NCBI RefSeq assembly: GCF_006345805.1
Contig: NC_043009.1
Span: 71,734,001-71,798,000 of the forward strand
Direction of reading: 5' to 3'
Length of the DNA: 64,000 bases
Origin: Octopus sinensis
Lineage: Eukaryota
In this document: one piece after another, positions 25,374-38,292 of the stretch
Layout of the letters: the number at the start of each line of letters is the position of its first letter
Numbering within the stretch: the first letter of the stretch is position 1
The notes under the pieces: model-generated
Told to the model about the DNA's origin: nothing
What the model saw: only the letters and a program-made list of their open reading frames with translations
The model's database searches: none
Translations under genes and position numbers: made by a program

Positions 25374-25680
25374 TGGAGGCACGTGACCTGGTGGTTAGAA
25401 CAGCAGACTCACGGTCAAGGGATCATGGATTTGAATCTTAGACTGGGTGATGTGTTTGTTTATAAGCGAAACACCTAAGTTCCATGCGGCTCCAGCAGAA
25501 AGTAATGGCAAACTTCTGCTGACTCTTTCAACACAACTTTCTCTCACACTTTCCTCCTGCATCTAGCAGCTCACCTGTGATGGACCAGCATCCTATCCAG
25601 GTGGGGAAGCTATACGCCAATGAAACTGTGAAACCGGCCCTTATGAGCCAGACATGGCTCAAGAAGGAACAAACAATAAC
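25374..25680 (+). mobile_element. tRNA-headed SINE family C, complete, with 14-bp TSD
   Basis: TSD AATATACTGCAACA at 25360-25373 and 25681-25694; tRNA-like head; central GATGGACCAGCATCCTATCCAGGTGGGG; inserted into a family B copy. Confidence 0.88.
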
Positions 25681-25982
25681 AATATACTGCAACAGTCTGA
25701 CCCATACAAACATTCAAAAGTGAATGTTAAAAGATGATGATGATATTGGTGATGATGATGACGACGATGATGATGACAACGATGACGATAATTGCTCAGT
25801 GAAACCTATTTTTTTCTTCTTATATATAAAAAAATAACACTGAGTCACATTAAATAAAATTAGGCAAAACAATTCAGAATTGTTGTGCAAAGAGGAAGAA
25901 GACGAATGGGATTAGGGGGATTAGGGGCCTTGGATGCTGGGATGCCAAAGGGTTTCAATGAACCTGCTCTTCAGTTACAACA

Positions 25983-26013
<31 letters not shown>

Positions 26014-26771
26014 TTCCACTGCCAACGGTGATGACAACCATGAAGATTACTGTTTCTGCAAGTAGCATCGTCCCCTTAAGGGTCAGCCACATTTAGGTGG
26101 CAAATATACTTCACAATGTCGTGCTGCTACTGTTTACATCTCGCTCAGAGATTTATTATTGTTTCTTCTGGACCACCAACAAAAAAATAGACCTGATCTG
26201 ATCCGGTTGGTAGAAATAATACAATGATAATAATAAAAATAATCTTTTCTGCTAGAGGCACGAGACCTGAAGTTCTGGAGGAGGGGACCAGTCGTGTTAA
26301 TGATTTCCCCAGTTTGCTGTCCTAATAATAATAACGGCAATAATAATAATAATAATAATTACACAGTGCACAATTTGTGAACGCAGGTTTGGACTGAAGG
26401 TAGAATTCAGACTCTAACGTATTATAATTTATAGCAACAATCAAAGTACAAATTATATTGAAATATTTGTAAAAATGTATGTTCATAAGTCAATTAGAAA
26501 CTTTGTGTTGTAGAAAAACGTGTTATAAAAAATGCCTGTGCACACGCACAAATATATTTGGTCACTTGACCATAGGTCAGAAAAAAAGCACATTCTAAAA
26601 GAGAATTTGAGACGTTTGACTTTTATATTGTTGAGTAGTGTATTCCTGGTTATGGCATTGACTGGTCAAAAAAAGTTATTATGGGTTTCCTGTCTACTGT
26701 TGCACTTAGCAAGACAGAATGGAAGTGACCACATACATATATATATATATATACATATATATATGTGTGTG

Positions 26772-26803
<32 letters not shown>

Positions 26804-27281
26804 TATGTATTTGTGTGTGGTTGGGGGTGTTGAGTGCATACATTTTCCATATCGTTTTTCTACAACACAAAGTTATGTAATTGACCTATGTACATTTTTA
26901 CAAATAAATTGATGCAATGTGTACCTTGATTAATGATGTAAATTACTTCTCCATCTCTGTCTCTCTCTCTCTCACTCTTGCTCTTTCTATATATATTTGT
27001 GTTTTACAATATAAAGTCAATTGAATTATGAATTAAGTGCTGCTGAAAGTTTTACAGAAATTGTAGCTACTACTCTAACTCATGCCAGCATGGCAGCAGG
27101 ATTCTAAATAATAATAATGGAGATGATATATCCATGTTTATATGTTAAAATGTTTACCAACAGATAATGCTTAACTGCAAAAGAAATTTTCTTTTGAAAT
27201 TATTCTGGCAAGGCAGAGGTAAATAGTTAAATGTAGCAAGGAGTGGAGGAAAACAGATTAGCCATGACTGGATGTGACAGG

Positions 27282-27312
<31 letters not shown>

Positions 27313-27596
27313 TTAAGTGTTCAATTTAAAAAGCTCCAGAATGGTCTCCAGTCTTTGATTGGTTCATGCAATACACAAGGAGACTATGACAAAACTGAAA
27401 TATTTTCATAAAGACATCATGAATGCCAAATAGAATGTAGCAATGTTCCTTTACTTTTGTGAGTTCAAATCCTTTTGGGATTTACTTAAAGAACGTGATA
27501 ATCCTTATTATAGCAACTCTAAGTCTCTTTAATCTTCTGTGGTCAATAAATTAAATATTACTGATTGACTGAAATCTATTTAACCAACAACAAAAC

Positions 27597-27710
<114 letters not shown>

Positions 27711-28312
27711 TCACACACACACACACATTGAAGCAGTGTGACCAAAGCCTTCCCAAATCCTAAACTTTGAAATGTCTTTGATCTTGGGTTCAAGATGAAT
27801 TTGCAACTAAACATCAACAACAAAATCAATAAGGTGAACACCCCCACCAGCATCTCCTCCACCATCATCTCCTCCACCAAAACCATTGCAATAGATATCA
27901 CTACCATCACCACCAACCCAACAAATTTGAATTAACTGGCAACAACAATGGTAATAGCATGAGAGTAATATCTGTAGCTACATATGTTGTATGACAGCTC
28001 AACATAGTGCATGTGTGTAACTGTGTATGTGTGTGTGTGTGAGTAGAGTGTGGTGGAGGTTTTTGGGCTGAAGTCAGAGATGTATGGAGCAAAGTGCCCA
28101 TACATCTCTGATAACCTTTAAACTAACTGTAACCACACAGAACTTCCTCCCACTTCACCTCTTCCATATTCTCATTCTCTCATTCTCATCCATAGGAATA
28201 AGACAACAATCTTTTACTCTCACAAAATTCTTATTTCTTGTTGTGCGTTTTGTTTTTTTTTATTGCATATTTCTTGTGTTTGTTGCTGCTTTGGACTTGT
28301 CTTCGATTCAAG

Positions 28313-29760
28313 ATGTCTGGAAAGAAGACATCAAGAGAAACTATAAGCAGTCGGGAAAAGTGGGAAATGCAAAAGAATTGCACTGGACGTTTTAATGAGG
28401 TTTGATACAAGAGACGTAACGAGCCACATTGCCAAAACATTAAAGCTTATAACATTTACAGTGGAAACAATACACGACAAAAGACAATGGAATTAAGTAT
28501 TCCAGAAACTATTCCAGAAACTGTTCCAGAAACTGTTCCAGAAACTGTTCCAGAAACTGTTCAAACTATTTTTTTTTTTTCCATAGATCTAATGTAAGGT
28601 TTACAATGGAATGGCTCTGAAATGATTGGCCTGGGGATCACACCTGAAATATGCCAATAAGTGTGAGAGTCTTGTAAAAAAAGTGAAATGTCTGTTGATG
28701 ATTTGCAGAAAAAGGAAAATGAGGATTTTGCTGAAAAACCTTTTCTGGTTAGTAGAGGTTGGATTGAAAAATGTAAGAAGAGCTTGAATTTGCACAGCAT
28801 GAAAATGACTGGTGAATCTGGGGGTGGGGATACAGAGGCTAATACTAATTATTCTGAGCAGTTGAAAGAAATATTTACTGGAAGGAGCTACACACCGGAG
28901 CAAAGAAACAATCTCAATGAAATTGTAATTTCCTGGAGGGTCATATCTGGAAAAATTCATATTTTGTTAAAGGAAAAAAAAAAAGTCAATAGCAGTATTT
29001 CAAGCTTCCAAAAATCATCTGATGCTTTTTCTGGGAGGTAATGCCAAAAAATCGCCACTGGTGATGTGAAATTGAAACCTTTACTCATGTATCACTCCAA
29101 AAATCCAGTTTAATTTGTCTCTGATTTGGAATTTAATTAAGTAAGGGCCTATCAAAGAATGGTTTGCAAACTATTTTTTGTTTTTCTGTGGAGAGGTACA
29201 GTGTAAAACATAATATTCCCCAAAAGCATTCCTCCTTTTAGACAAGGTACCAAATCCCTCAGTGATAATGTGAAAGTAGAAGATATCCCCAAGAATATGA
29301 CATCTTTGCTCCAACCAAAGTATGAAATGCGGTTGATTCGCTAGTGTCTCACAGGAAAAGTTTATCTAAAAAGGGGCTGATGTTGTTAGAACAAGAGCAA
29401 ATTGAGAACAGAGATGAGAACACGGAAATTCCAGCAGCTCCACTTGAATTAATTGCAAAGAATATTGCTAAAGTATTGGCACTTACAGAGGAATGGCTTC
29501 AAGATTTTGTTGATAACAACTCTGTGAAAGTATCAAATATTACAAGAGGAGTTTACAATGAGCTCATTTTCTACCCTGAGCTGTACAAAGAAATGACAAG
29601 CCATAAACATTAAGGAATTGTAGATAAGTTCTCCGCACCTTGGCAGATGTTGATGATGATGATGGCAAGCAAGATAGAAGACAGTGTCTTTCATCCTCCC
29701 AGCAACTCATATTCTGACACCACCCTCCCGCACACTACAATCAACATCTCTTAGATATAA
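28313..29760 (+). mobile_element. Decayed Tigger/pogo-family (Tc1/mariner superfamily) transposase
   Basis: CENP-B-like N-terminus (KRIALDVLMRFD); FLVSRGWIEKCKK; KMTGESGGGD; YTPEQ; GDVKLKPLLMYHSKNP; KAFLLLDKVP; NMTSLLQP. First and third catalytic Asp positions appear lost; several frameshifts. Confidence 0.85.
28498..28567. repeat. 12-bp tandem repeat T(A/G)TTCCAGAAAC, 5 copies plus a partial
   Basis: Direct inspection; lies within the Tigger remnant. Confidence 0.9.
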
Positions 29761-29798
29761 AAAAACATACCCTATTACCATATTACAATTCTTATTTA

Positions 29799-30089
29799 TG
29801 GAGTAAAGATTGTTTGCCAACATAACATGGCAGTCCTGGTTTAGGACGAATGTTGCTGTAATTTAGCCCCAGGAGTCATCATCTCCAGCTGGCTATATGA
29901 CATGATTTGTGTACTTATATTTTCAAACAAGGGAATCTAGCGCCCCCACTCAGCTCCCTTGTTTGAAAAAATGACAGAGATTGTGTCGTGTAGCCCACAG
30001 GCTATACGATGTCTCCTGGGGTTAAATTACAGCAACATTCGTCCTAAACCAGGACTGCCATGTTATGTTGACAAATAATCTTTACTCCA
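29799..30089. mobile_element. Foldback MITE with ~78-bp TIRs and a nested internal inverted repeat
   Basis: TGGAGTAAAGATTGTTTGCCAACATAACATGGCAGTCCTGG is mirrored at the end (CCAGGACTGCCATGTTATGTTGACAAATAATCTTTACTCCA); inner TTTTCAAACAAGGGA / TCCCTTGTTTGAAAA. Confidence 0.88.
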
Positions 30090-30341
30090 AAGTACAGTTG
30101 CTGAATATCTCTTGTTGTGAAATTTACAAATAGTAATTTTCTAATTCTTATTTATTATCAAACGAATTTCCTTCAAATATTTCCATGTCTCCATATTGTT
30201 CTGAGCGTGTTTAGAAATTGCTAGTTTCATGCATAAAAGTGGTTGTGCTGAATTTTAAAAAAGATTACTTGGAAAATATCCATCAGATTACATTATCACT
30301 TTATGAAAATAAACGGGAAAATTAATTTCATGTTATACCTC

Positions 30342-30671
30342 GACTGGCTTCTGTGCCGGTGGCAAATAAAAAGCACCATCTGAACGTGGCCGATGCCAGT
30401 GCCGCCTTGGCTGGCCTCCATGCCGGTGGCACGTTAAAAGCACCAACCGATCATGGCCGATGCCAGACTCCCCTGGCACCTGTGCAGGAGGCACGTAAAA
30501 AGCACCCACTACACTCGCGGAGTGGTTGGCGTTAGGAAGGGTATCCTGCTATAGAAACACTGCCAGATCAGACTGGAGCCTGGTGCAGCCCCTGGCTTCC
30601 CAGACCCCAGTCGAACCATCCAGCCCATGCTAGCGCGGAAAACGGACGTTAAACGATGATGATGATGATGA
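30342..30671 (+). mobile_element. RTE 3' UTR fragment with (GAT)n tail
   Basis: Matches 2900-3309. Confidence 0.85.
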
Positions 30672-30740
30672 CTACTTTGCCCTGCAGTGAATTTTGGATA
30701 AAGTGAGGATTCTTGAACACACACATACACACATATATAT

Positions 30741-30925
30741 AGGTGCAGACACGGCTGTGGAGTAAGAAATTTGTTTTCCAACCACATGGTTCCAGGTTCA
30801 GTCCTACTGCATGGCACCTTGGCCAAGTGTCTTCTACTATATGATCAGGCTGACCAAAGTCTTCTGAGTGGATTTGGTAGGCGGAGACTGAAAGAAGACA
30901 TTCATATACATGTGTGTGTGTGTTG
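30741..30925 (+). mobile_element. SINE family A head
   Basis: Colinear with 9891-10050. Confidence 0.8.
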
Positions 30926-31496
30926 ACAAATGAAAGTAAATGATACTCAACACATTTGGAAAAAGAACGCCAGACAGAGTTAATTAGACTTGGGGAGGGG
31001 TGCCTTGTGATTAAAGTGCGGACATGTGTATCTCCCTCTGTTTATAATATCATTTTGTCAACATCTGTAATTAAATTATATATTGTTAGGTATGTATCCA
31101 TGTGTGTGTGTGTGTGTGTGTGTGTCTGTTCAGTGACACCTATGTGCCACAGATGAAGACACACAGTTACAAACATTATAATAATAATAATACAGCAAAT
31201 ATATCTAAAGGATGAAGAGCTTGCTTCTTGTGATAGCAATTAAAGATGTAGTCTTATGATCGTGGTGGTGGTGTCAGTGGTGGTTGGTGCCAGCGGGGAT
31301 GGGGTGGCAGAAGCAGCGATGGTGGTGGTGGTAGTAGGGGGGGCAGTGATGCTGTGGTTGCAGTCTTAGCGCTTGGTTGGTGGTTGATTATGTTGATGGT
31401 GATGGTGATGATGGATGGTACTGGCAATCCTGATGTGGCATTGGTGGTAGTAGTGGTGTTGGTGTTGGTGCTAGTGTGGTAGTAATTGGTACTTAC

Positions 31497-31528
31497 CTCA
31501 GCATAGCTGCTTGGATCTGTCTTAAACG
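31497..31528 (-). CDS. Candidate 32-nt exon (RLRQIQAAML+AG, or FKTDPSSYAE), unidentified gene
   Basis: Acceptor gttatttcatctccacag| and consensus donor GAG|GTAAGT. Caveat: the pyrimidine tract overlaps a family E repeat remnant. Confidence 0.3.
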
Positions 31529-31675
31529 CTGTGGAGATGAAATAACAGCTAAAAATCCCTCTCAAATCACATAGTCACAGTTTATCTAGGAATAAACAAT
31601 GTGTAGGTGCAGCTGTAAGTATTTATGAGTGTATGTATATACATATATGCATGTATGTGTATACATATACGTATT

Positions 31676-31720
<45 letters not shown>

Positions 31721-31831
31721 CACACACACACATATACATATATACATACATGCATACACACACGTGTCCCTATATGTTGTCTATGAGGTCATATAATCTG
31801 GTGAAGATGCTAGTTATCTACATATATTTTA

Positions 31832-32247
31832 AGGAGTGGCTGTGTGGTAAGAAGCTTGCTTCCCAACCACATAGTCCTGGGTTCAGGCTTACTGCATGGC
31901 ACCTTGGGCAAGTGTCTTCTACTATAGCCACGGGCTGACCAAAGCCTTGTGAGCGGATTTGGTAGATGGAAACTAAAAGAAGCCCACTGTATATATATAT
32001 ATATATAGATATAGATATACATTTATATGTATGTATGTATGTATATGTTTGTGTGTTTTTGTTTATTCCTCCTAACATCACTTGACAACCGATGCTGGTG
32101 AGTTTACGTCCTCGTAACTTAGTGCTTTGGCAAAAGAGACTGATAGAATAAGTACTAGGCTTGCAAAGAATAAGTCTTGGGATCAATTTGTTCGACTAAA
32201 GGCAGTGCTCCAGCATGGCCACAGTCAAATGACTGAAACAAGTAAAT
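31832..32247 (+). mobile_element. SINE family A, full-length
   Basis: Head, internal TA/TATG tract and tail as at 9891. Confidence 0.85.
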
Positions 32248-33524
32248 AAATATATGCGCACGCACACACATACACACACACACTTATAGACACACACACA
32301 CACACATATATATATATGTCAGAATATGTATGTTTTTTTATACTTTATGTGTATATAAATATATACATGCACATTTGTGTGTGTGAGTATTGTGATAATA
32401 GCATTACTGGTTAATTGTGTGCATATGTGAGAGATCGTAAAGGTAGGAAGATATTATTCTTGTGTGTACTTCGAGGGGTGGTGGTGGTGGTGGTGGTGGT
32501 GGTGGTGATACTGTTTGACTGAGGTTTAGCCCTGAGCAAGATGACTTATGATCAAAGACAATACCGTCATTAATATCGTATCCTTTTTTTAATTGGCAAA
32601 GTGAACCTAGGATCACATTCTCTAATGCGTTCTTCCTAGTTTTACAACAGTGAAATGGGATTTGAGTGATGCTTGGCTACCGTTTCTTGCAGCTCAACCA
32701 ACCACATAGTGGCACCTCCCTTCATTGGCTCATTTTTCAGAGGAAGTAATTAAGTGTTGGTTGCTAGGTGAGTGGGTGGGAGTGAAAAGTGAAGTGGGTA
32801 GGAGTAGAAATAAGGAAATGGGAGGAGGTAGTGTTTGGGAGATGAGAGAGAGAGAGAGAGGAAATGTGAGGCTGGTTGGACTGAGTTGGTTGAATGGATT
32901 AAATGGTACCAGTTTGGTATGTTACCATTTAGTCAGCAAGATTGAAAAGGCTTATATATGAAGGAAATTGTTGTAAACAATGAAAGATGTTTCAATCATG
33001 ACCATCCTGTCAACATGTATCTAAAACTAAATTAGTCAATGTGTCCAACAAGGTTTTTTTTTTCAAAGTTAGAAGTTGAAGGAGATTTGACTGCTACTAC
33101 TAGCAGGTAGAGTCACTCTCTTATCAGCACGCTACTGTTGTTGTTTTGCTCCAAATCCTTGAGTGATTCCCTGATCAAAGATATTCCGTCCATGACCAAC
33201 ATGTCTTTTAGCTGACCTCATTATTTAATGAGTTTTTTACTTTCCTGAGAGGGAGGAGTGTAGTTTGAGGCAAATTTGGCTGCTATTTATAGCAGGTCAC
33301 ATTCACACATGGAGACTTCATCATATGAAAAGGGTGATGTGAATGTTGTCATGTGGGACGTTTGCTACATGTGAAGTATGTATGACTGCAAGGGGTAAAG
33401 CCAAGCAATTCGTGCACATGTATACATGGGATTGATGTTATTGTTATTTAACCCCAGGCCAATCATAATAGAACATATAGACCTATGATGAAAGACCATT
33501 CCAACTATAACTTTACCATCTTTT

Positions 33525-33900
33525 GGATCTCTTTGGTTTGAACGCCAGTTTTTTCTAGCGGTGTCATATGAAATTGTCACCCATAATTATGACCCTAGTA
33601 TCGATCTATTGCATTTCAATCTGTTTTAGGGTTAGGGTTAGGGGGAAGGCTATCTTTTTTTCTTCACAAATGTAAATAAATCCAATCTGTTTCTTAAACA
33701 AGGGACATACTCGTCAGTGATTGGTTGAAATTGCAGAAATTGAAGAAAAAACAACAAATATCTTACAAACTATAGAATTTTCTCAATAAAGCCAAGAGAA
33801 AAAGATGTTTTATAAACACATTCTACCAGTATACGAAGTTTAAAATTTTTTAGTTACCTAGAAATTATGTTAAAAACTGCCGTTCAAACTGAAAAGATCC
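33525..33900. mobile_element. 376-bp MITE with GG...CC termini, ~29-bp TIRs and 8-bp TSD
   Basis: TIRs GGATCTCTTTGGTTTGAACGCCAGTTTTT and AAAAACTGCCGTTCAAACTGAAAAGATCC; TSD CATCTTTT at 33517-33524 and 33901-33908; contains (TTAGGG)3 at 33626-33643. Confidence 0.9.
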
Positions 33901-34659
33901 CATCTTTTTTCTGGAATAGTACATTCCTGACAACATTATCCAAGTGTTCTTAAATGTTGTAAGGTGTAGTTTGAGGGAAATTTAGCGACTGTTTCTAGCA
34001 GATAAAGTGACCACATAGAGGCTCCATTATTGATCCTTGTTTACAAATTGTTTCCTATTGATACCAACCCACCTGAGGCCACTTTTGTTGAATGACACAA
34101 ACTTTCTGATTGAAAGTAAATCCTTCCACCAAAATTTCATTTTGGTTTGTACCAAAAAACAGCTGAAAAATGATAAAATTATTTTAATAAATTCTTCCTT
34201 ATTTTTGAAATTAATTGAAACAGAAGTAGAATATTTCATCAGAAATATGGTAAGACCAGTGCCTGGCCCGAGTTTACCTTTTGCAGAAATTCCCTTTATT
34301 GTTATCTATATTCAACCACAAAGAATATAGAGAACAAATTGAAGAATGGATTGTAGGTATTTGACACCTATTTCTAGCATTGGCAATGGTCATTTCCAGT
34401 AGCCCGTAACTATATTTTTATAAACGTAAAAATATACATATATATGTATATATATATATATAGATAGATAGATAGATAGATATAGATATAGAGATATATA
34501 CATGCACACATTTTTACATAAACACACACACACACATGCACTCACACACTTTCCATTCTTCTGTCTGTTTTTGCTTTTAGTATTACTTCCTCCTCCATAG
34601 AACACAGCCATTTCCTTGTTTTATATACAAAACAGTTAGATATATGTTTATTTATATAC

Positions 34660-35420
<761 letters not shown>

Positions 35421-36044
35421 GGAGTGCACATGCATATTCCTAAAAAATACACGTATCCATAGATAAGTATCCGTCTACAGTTTTTATTACTACCATCTTG
35501 TCTACTTGAGCCAGATTTTCTCCTAATTTACTTCATTTCTGTTTTACATTCAAAGCTGCCTGTCTGTCTGCCTTCCTGCCTGTTTGTCTGTCTGCCTGCC
35601 TGTCTGTTTATTTATGTCCCACACTCCTGTCTTGTAACAGACGCACACTCACATACACGCACGCAGCATCACAAATATTTATATCATCATCATCATCATC
35701 ATCATTGCTTTAATGGCCATTTTCTCAGAGTTTATTGAAGCTGATTTTTCAACCGGATGCCTTTCCTGTTGCTAACCCTCACCCGTTTCCAAACAAGGTA
35801 ATATTTCCCCTCCATGGCCAGACGTGTTTTTCACAGAATATTGGAAATGGACAACTTTGCTTGTGTCACAGAAACACTCATTTACAATTATCGCAAAAAT
35901 CTGTAAAACTTTTCAGAAGTTTATCATTTAAATATATATGAGCATGTCTAGATATGCAACTATATGCATGAGAATACATACATAAAACATACAATGCACA
36001 TACATACATACATACATACATATAAACAAACAAACAAAAATACT

Positions 36045-36145
36045 CTGTTATTGATGTTGAAATTCCAATGAAGGAATCTTGGATCTAGATTAGAAACCGG
36101 TTCTTTCTCTATTGGCAAGAAATCTTGAAATAAACTGAATAATGA
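36045..36145 (+). mobile_element. Penelope-like element 3'/pLTR fragment (tentative)
   Basis: Hammerhead-like geometry (CCAATGAAG, stem AATCT/AGATT, GAAAC), AATAAA, adjacent to a microsatellite; family assignment is from recollection. Confidence 0.4.
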
Positions 36146-36405
36146 CATACATACATACATACATACATACATACATACATACATACATACATACATACAT
36201 ACATACACACACACATGCATACATACATACACACATATATACATACATACATACATGCATACATACATACATGCATACATACATACATACATACATACAT
36301 ACATAAATACATACATACATACATACATACATACATACATACATACATACACACACACATGCATACATACACACATATATACATGCATGCATACATACAT
36401 ACATG
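36145..36405. repeat. (CATA)n microsatellite
   Basis: Direct inspection. Confidence 0.92.
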
Positions 36406-38184
36406 CACACGCATCATCATCTCTCCTAAGGACTCACAGTATGTAAAAGCACTCGCAATTATATTGTTGACAAGCAAGAACGGTGTTGCTTCGGCTGTCG
36501 GAACTGCCAAGTCGTGTTATTTCCTCCCAGACTACATCTGTTCATCACACACACACACACACACACACATAATGCCTAAATTGTTCAAGAAGTTGACAAT
36601 GTCTGGGTTGCTTCTTTGGTTGGTGGTTAGAGCCATGAGCACAGCATGGCCTGCTTTTCCATTTCTTGCATCATGGAATCTGCCTTGTTGATGCCATCAA
36701 TACATCTCTGCAAGAGAAAGTTATAATTTGGCACATTCCACATAGCATTACATTTACAACCTGCAAAAGTTTATCAACACACACCCAGAACACACCTGCC
36801 TGTGCATGTGTGTGTGCATTCACATGTAACAAATAAATGCTGCATGAAGTGCGAACAAAGATGAGGTGGTCTAGGCTGGATTGCTTTTTTCTTTTGCTTT
36901 TTTTTTTTTGATCAATATTGTCCCAGGCCGAAACAACAAAGCCCAAAACACGTCCTGATTATTTGAAGCAGGGCACTGAAGTAGCACAAACAACAGTGTT
37001 GAAATGTTTCGTTTTATTTACCTACAAACCTTTGTGTTGTAGGTTCAAGTTCCCTCGAGGTTGGCACTGCCATATGTTTTTGTTTTGAATCTCTTCAGTA
37101 TTGATAAAAATAAGCTCAAATCCTATACTAGAACCAAATCTCTAAGACTCTTCCTCTGCCAGTATTATTAGTCTGGTGCCAATGTAAGAAACCATTAATC
37201 TACATTCTGTCCATTTCCCTTCATAATGTTCTGTGGGGTCAAGCATTGGCTTTATTCTAATTCATTGAGACCATAAAGCACGGTCTAGATGCTGCTGGTC
37301 TCCCTTCCCAGTGGGGCTAGACCAAGGCAATGGTAAAAGACCTGACAGTATGACAACTTTTCCAGTCTGGGGTGGTAGGGTCCTCACCTGGAAGGTCATA
37401 TTCTCTGACACCTTCTCCAGTAGTGTGTTCAGCTTCTGGCCCTGGCTCCACTGCTTATCAGGCTGAGAGTATTGGTCATTTTCTAATAGGTTTGTGGTCG
37501 ATCTTGTGACAGTGGGAACCTCTGGGCATTCTTGACCCCAGGACCAGATTTTTGCTTGCTCCTATCAGGGTGCAGATGGCTATCTGCAAGCGCAAATCCC
37601 CATGTGTCCGAGTGGCTGGTCCAGTGTATCTCCCTTGTCATCCTCAGAGGACTATGAGGTGAACTGGCAAGCCATTTTAGATATTTCTTTGCTCTGAGGA
37701 AGAGGAAAGGTAAGATGATTCCGACAGGGCCCTTCATCAAATTTATAAAATCGTTTCATTAAACATTTTAATTTTGTCGACCACTGAGGCAGAAATAGAC
37801 TGGAAACCCTTCCCTGAACTACATCTTCTCTTTCCCATAAAAAAAACATGTTTGGCTTTGTGTCAATGCAAGAGGTCTTCATTTAATAGAGAGAGAAGAT
37901 ATCGCGGGGCAAGGATGGAAATAATTTGATTTTTAACAAAACATTTCGTTAAAACAGAATGGTTGGAATGAAGTATTGAATGATATTAGCCAAGACCTCC
38001 TTTTTCGAATAAGCTGAGACAATATGAATTGAAATTCAAAGTATTTCATTTGTATTTCATTTTGCATTGTTCCAGCCTTGTCTCAGAAGTTGTTTAGCCC
38101 CAGGTCAGTCCCGACCCAGTGGAGGAAAGACACTCCACATGGAACCATTCTGGTCTGCATTCATTGCTCAATGTATCCATTTTT

Positions 38185-38292
38185 ATTTGCGCTATGGCGG
38201 TACATATTGTACAATTCGAATGATACAGAGAAGATTGGCATGGCCCCTGCACAAGGATGACACGCAAATTTGTGAAGTGTTCCATATTTTTT
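38185..38292 (+). pseudogene. U6: U6 snRNA retropseudogene, full-length
   Basis: Gap-free alignment to the canonical metazoan U6 as I recall it: ACAGAGA box at 38225-38231, GCATGGCCCCTGCACAAGGATGACACGCAAA, terminal CCATATTTTTT. About 4 mismatches in the 3' 67 nt, including the AGC triad changed to GGC (38237). No TATA at about -30. Confidence 0.93.

Noticed and set aside
32741-32767. 27-nt + strand exon candidate (EVIKCWLL); likewise 63442-63575 (+)
   Set aside because: Good splice motifs but no recognisable peptide or compatible partner exon; indistinguishable from chance.
33626-33643. Interstitial telomere or chromosome-fusion scar
   Set aside because: Only three units, and they lie inside a MITE with TIRs and a TSD.
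37388-37693. Minus-strand exon-like segment with strong acceptor and donor
   Set aside because: All three frames contain stops; better explained as a decayed element or as non-coding.
38185-38292. Functional U6 gene
   Set aside because: The AGC triad is mutated, there are CpG-type transitions, no TATA is visible upstream, and it is fused to an RTE tail.
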